From Mobula hypostoma (Eukaryota): 64,000 nucleotides of DNA. The DNA is taken from assembly GCF_963921235.1 (NCBI RefSeq), contig NC_086097.1, positions 97,838,001-97,902,000 of the forward strand, in the 5' to 3' direction. Position 1 is the stretch's first letter, and each line of letters begins with the position of its first letter. Under the pieces are notes generated by a model. It worked only from the letters and a program-made list of their open reading frames with translations. It had not been told where the DNA came from and ran no database searches. Below, piece by piece: positions 63,571 through 64,000 of this stretch. The position numbers and the translations under genes were made by a program.

Positions 63571-64000
63571 CTGAGTGAAGGACAGGTATGAGAGGCGACC
63601 CGTTACAGATCTGTAAAGGGTTTCATAGAAGGGATGTGGAAATAAATGTGTTTATTTACAGTGAATTCACAGAAAGGAATGCTGATAGAGAGCAAAGTAC
63701 AATGAGTGTTGCTTTGATCCCAGCACCTGCAGAGTATTTTGTGTTTACAATGTGGGATAAGTCTCCAGAGAAATGTAAATAGCAGTAAGAACTCACCTGG
63801 GCTAACCAGCCTATTTCAGTGTCTGCTCTCTACCTAACTAACCTCTCAATACTTAATTCTGTGGTCCTATACTTTATAGCTTACTGATTTAAATCATCAT
63901 TTCATCCAACTTCTACCCTCAAATTCTTCAAGGTTTCATACTGTCATGGTTTATTTAAAAAAAACATTTGGGAACAGCTTCTTCCCCTCTGCCATCCAAT

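Noticed and set aside
63785..63830. CAG|GTGAGT donor-like site as the missing upstream GCN2 exon
   Set aside because: Upstream sequence does not translate to the expected MEYCEK...LAYIHE peptide; that exon appears to lie outside the window

Overview
This is eukaryotic genomic DNA, not prokaryotic. The repeat content (CR1 LINEs, Penelope elements, V-SINE-like SINEs, Rex-Babar) suggests a cartilaginous fish, which is an inference. The window lies inside EIF2AK4 (GCN2) on the minus strand. Ten consecutive GT-AG exons (42517 to 589) splice in frame and encode the kinase C-lobe ([25 protein letters not shown]) and the start of the HisRS-like domain. The next upstream exon was not found in 42.5-64 kb. 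The introns are packed with nested transposons: a full-length L1-clade LINE with TSDs and an uninterrupted ~1267-aa ORF2, a second decayed L1, CR1 elements with SGNH-esterase ORF1, Penelope elements carrying minimal hammerhead ribozymes, RTE and Rex-Babar LINEs, a solo LTR, Tc1 and Harbinger-type DNA elements, SINEs and several minisatellites. I see no clearly new biological system. The best leads are the hammerhead motifs, an inverted near-identical CR1 pair bracketing an in-frame 393-nt block of kinase exons, the near-intact L1, a G-rich minisatellite beside a splice donor, and two Penelope insertions in the same CR1 motif.
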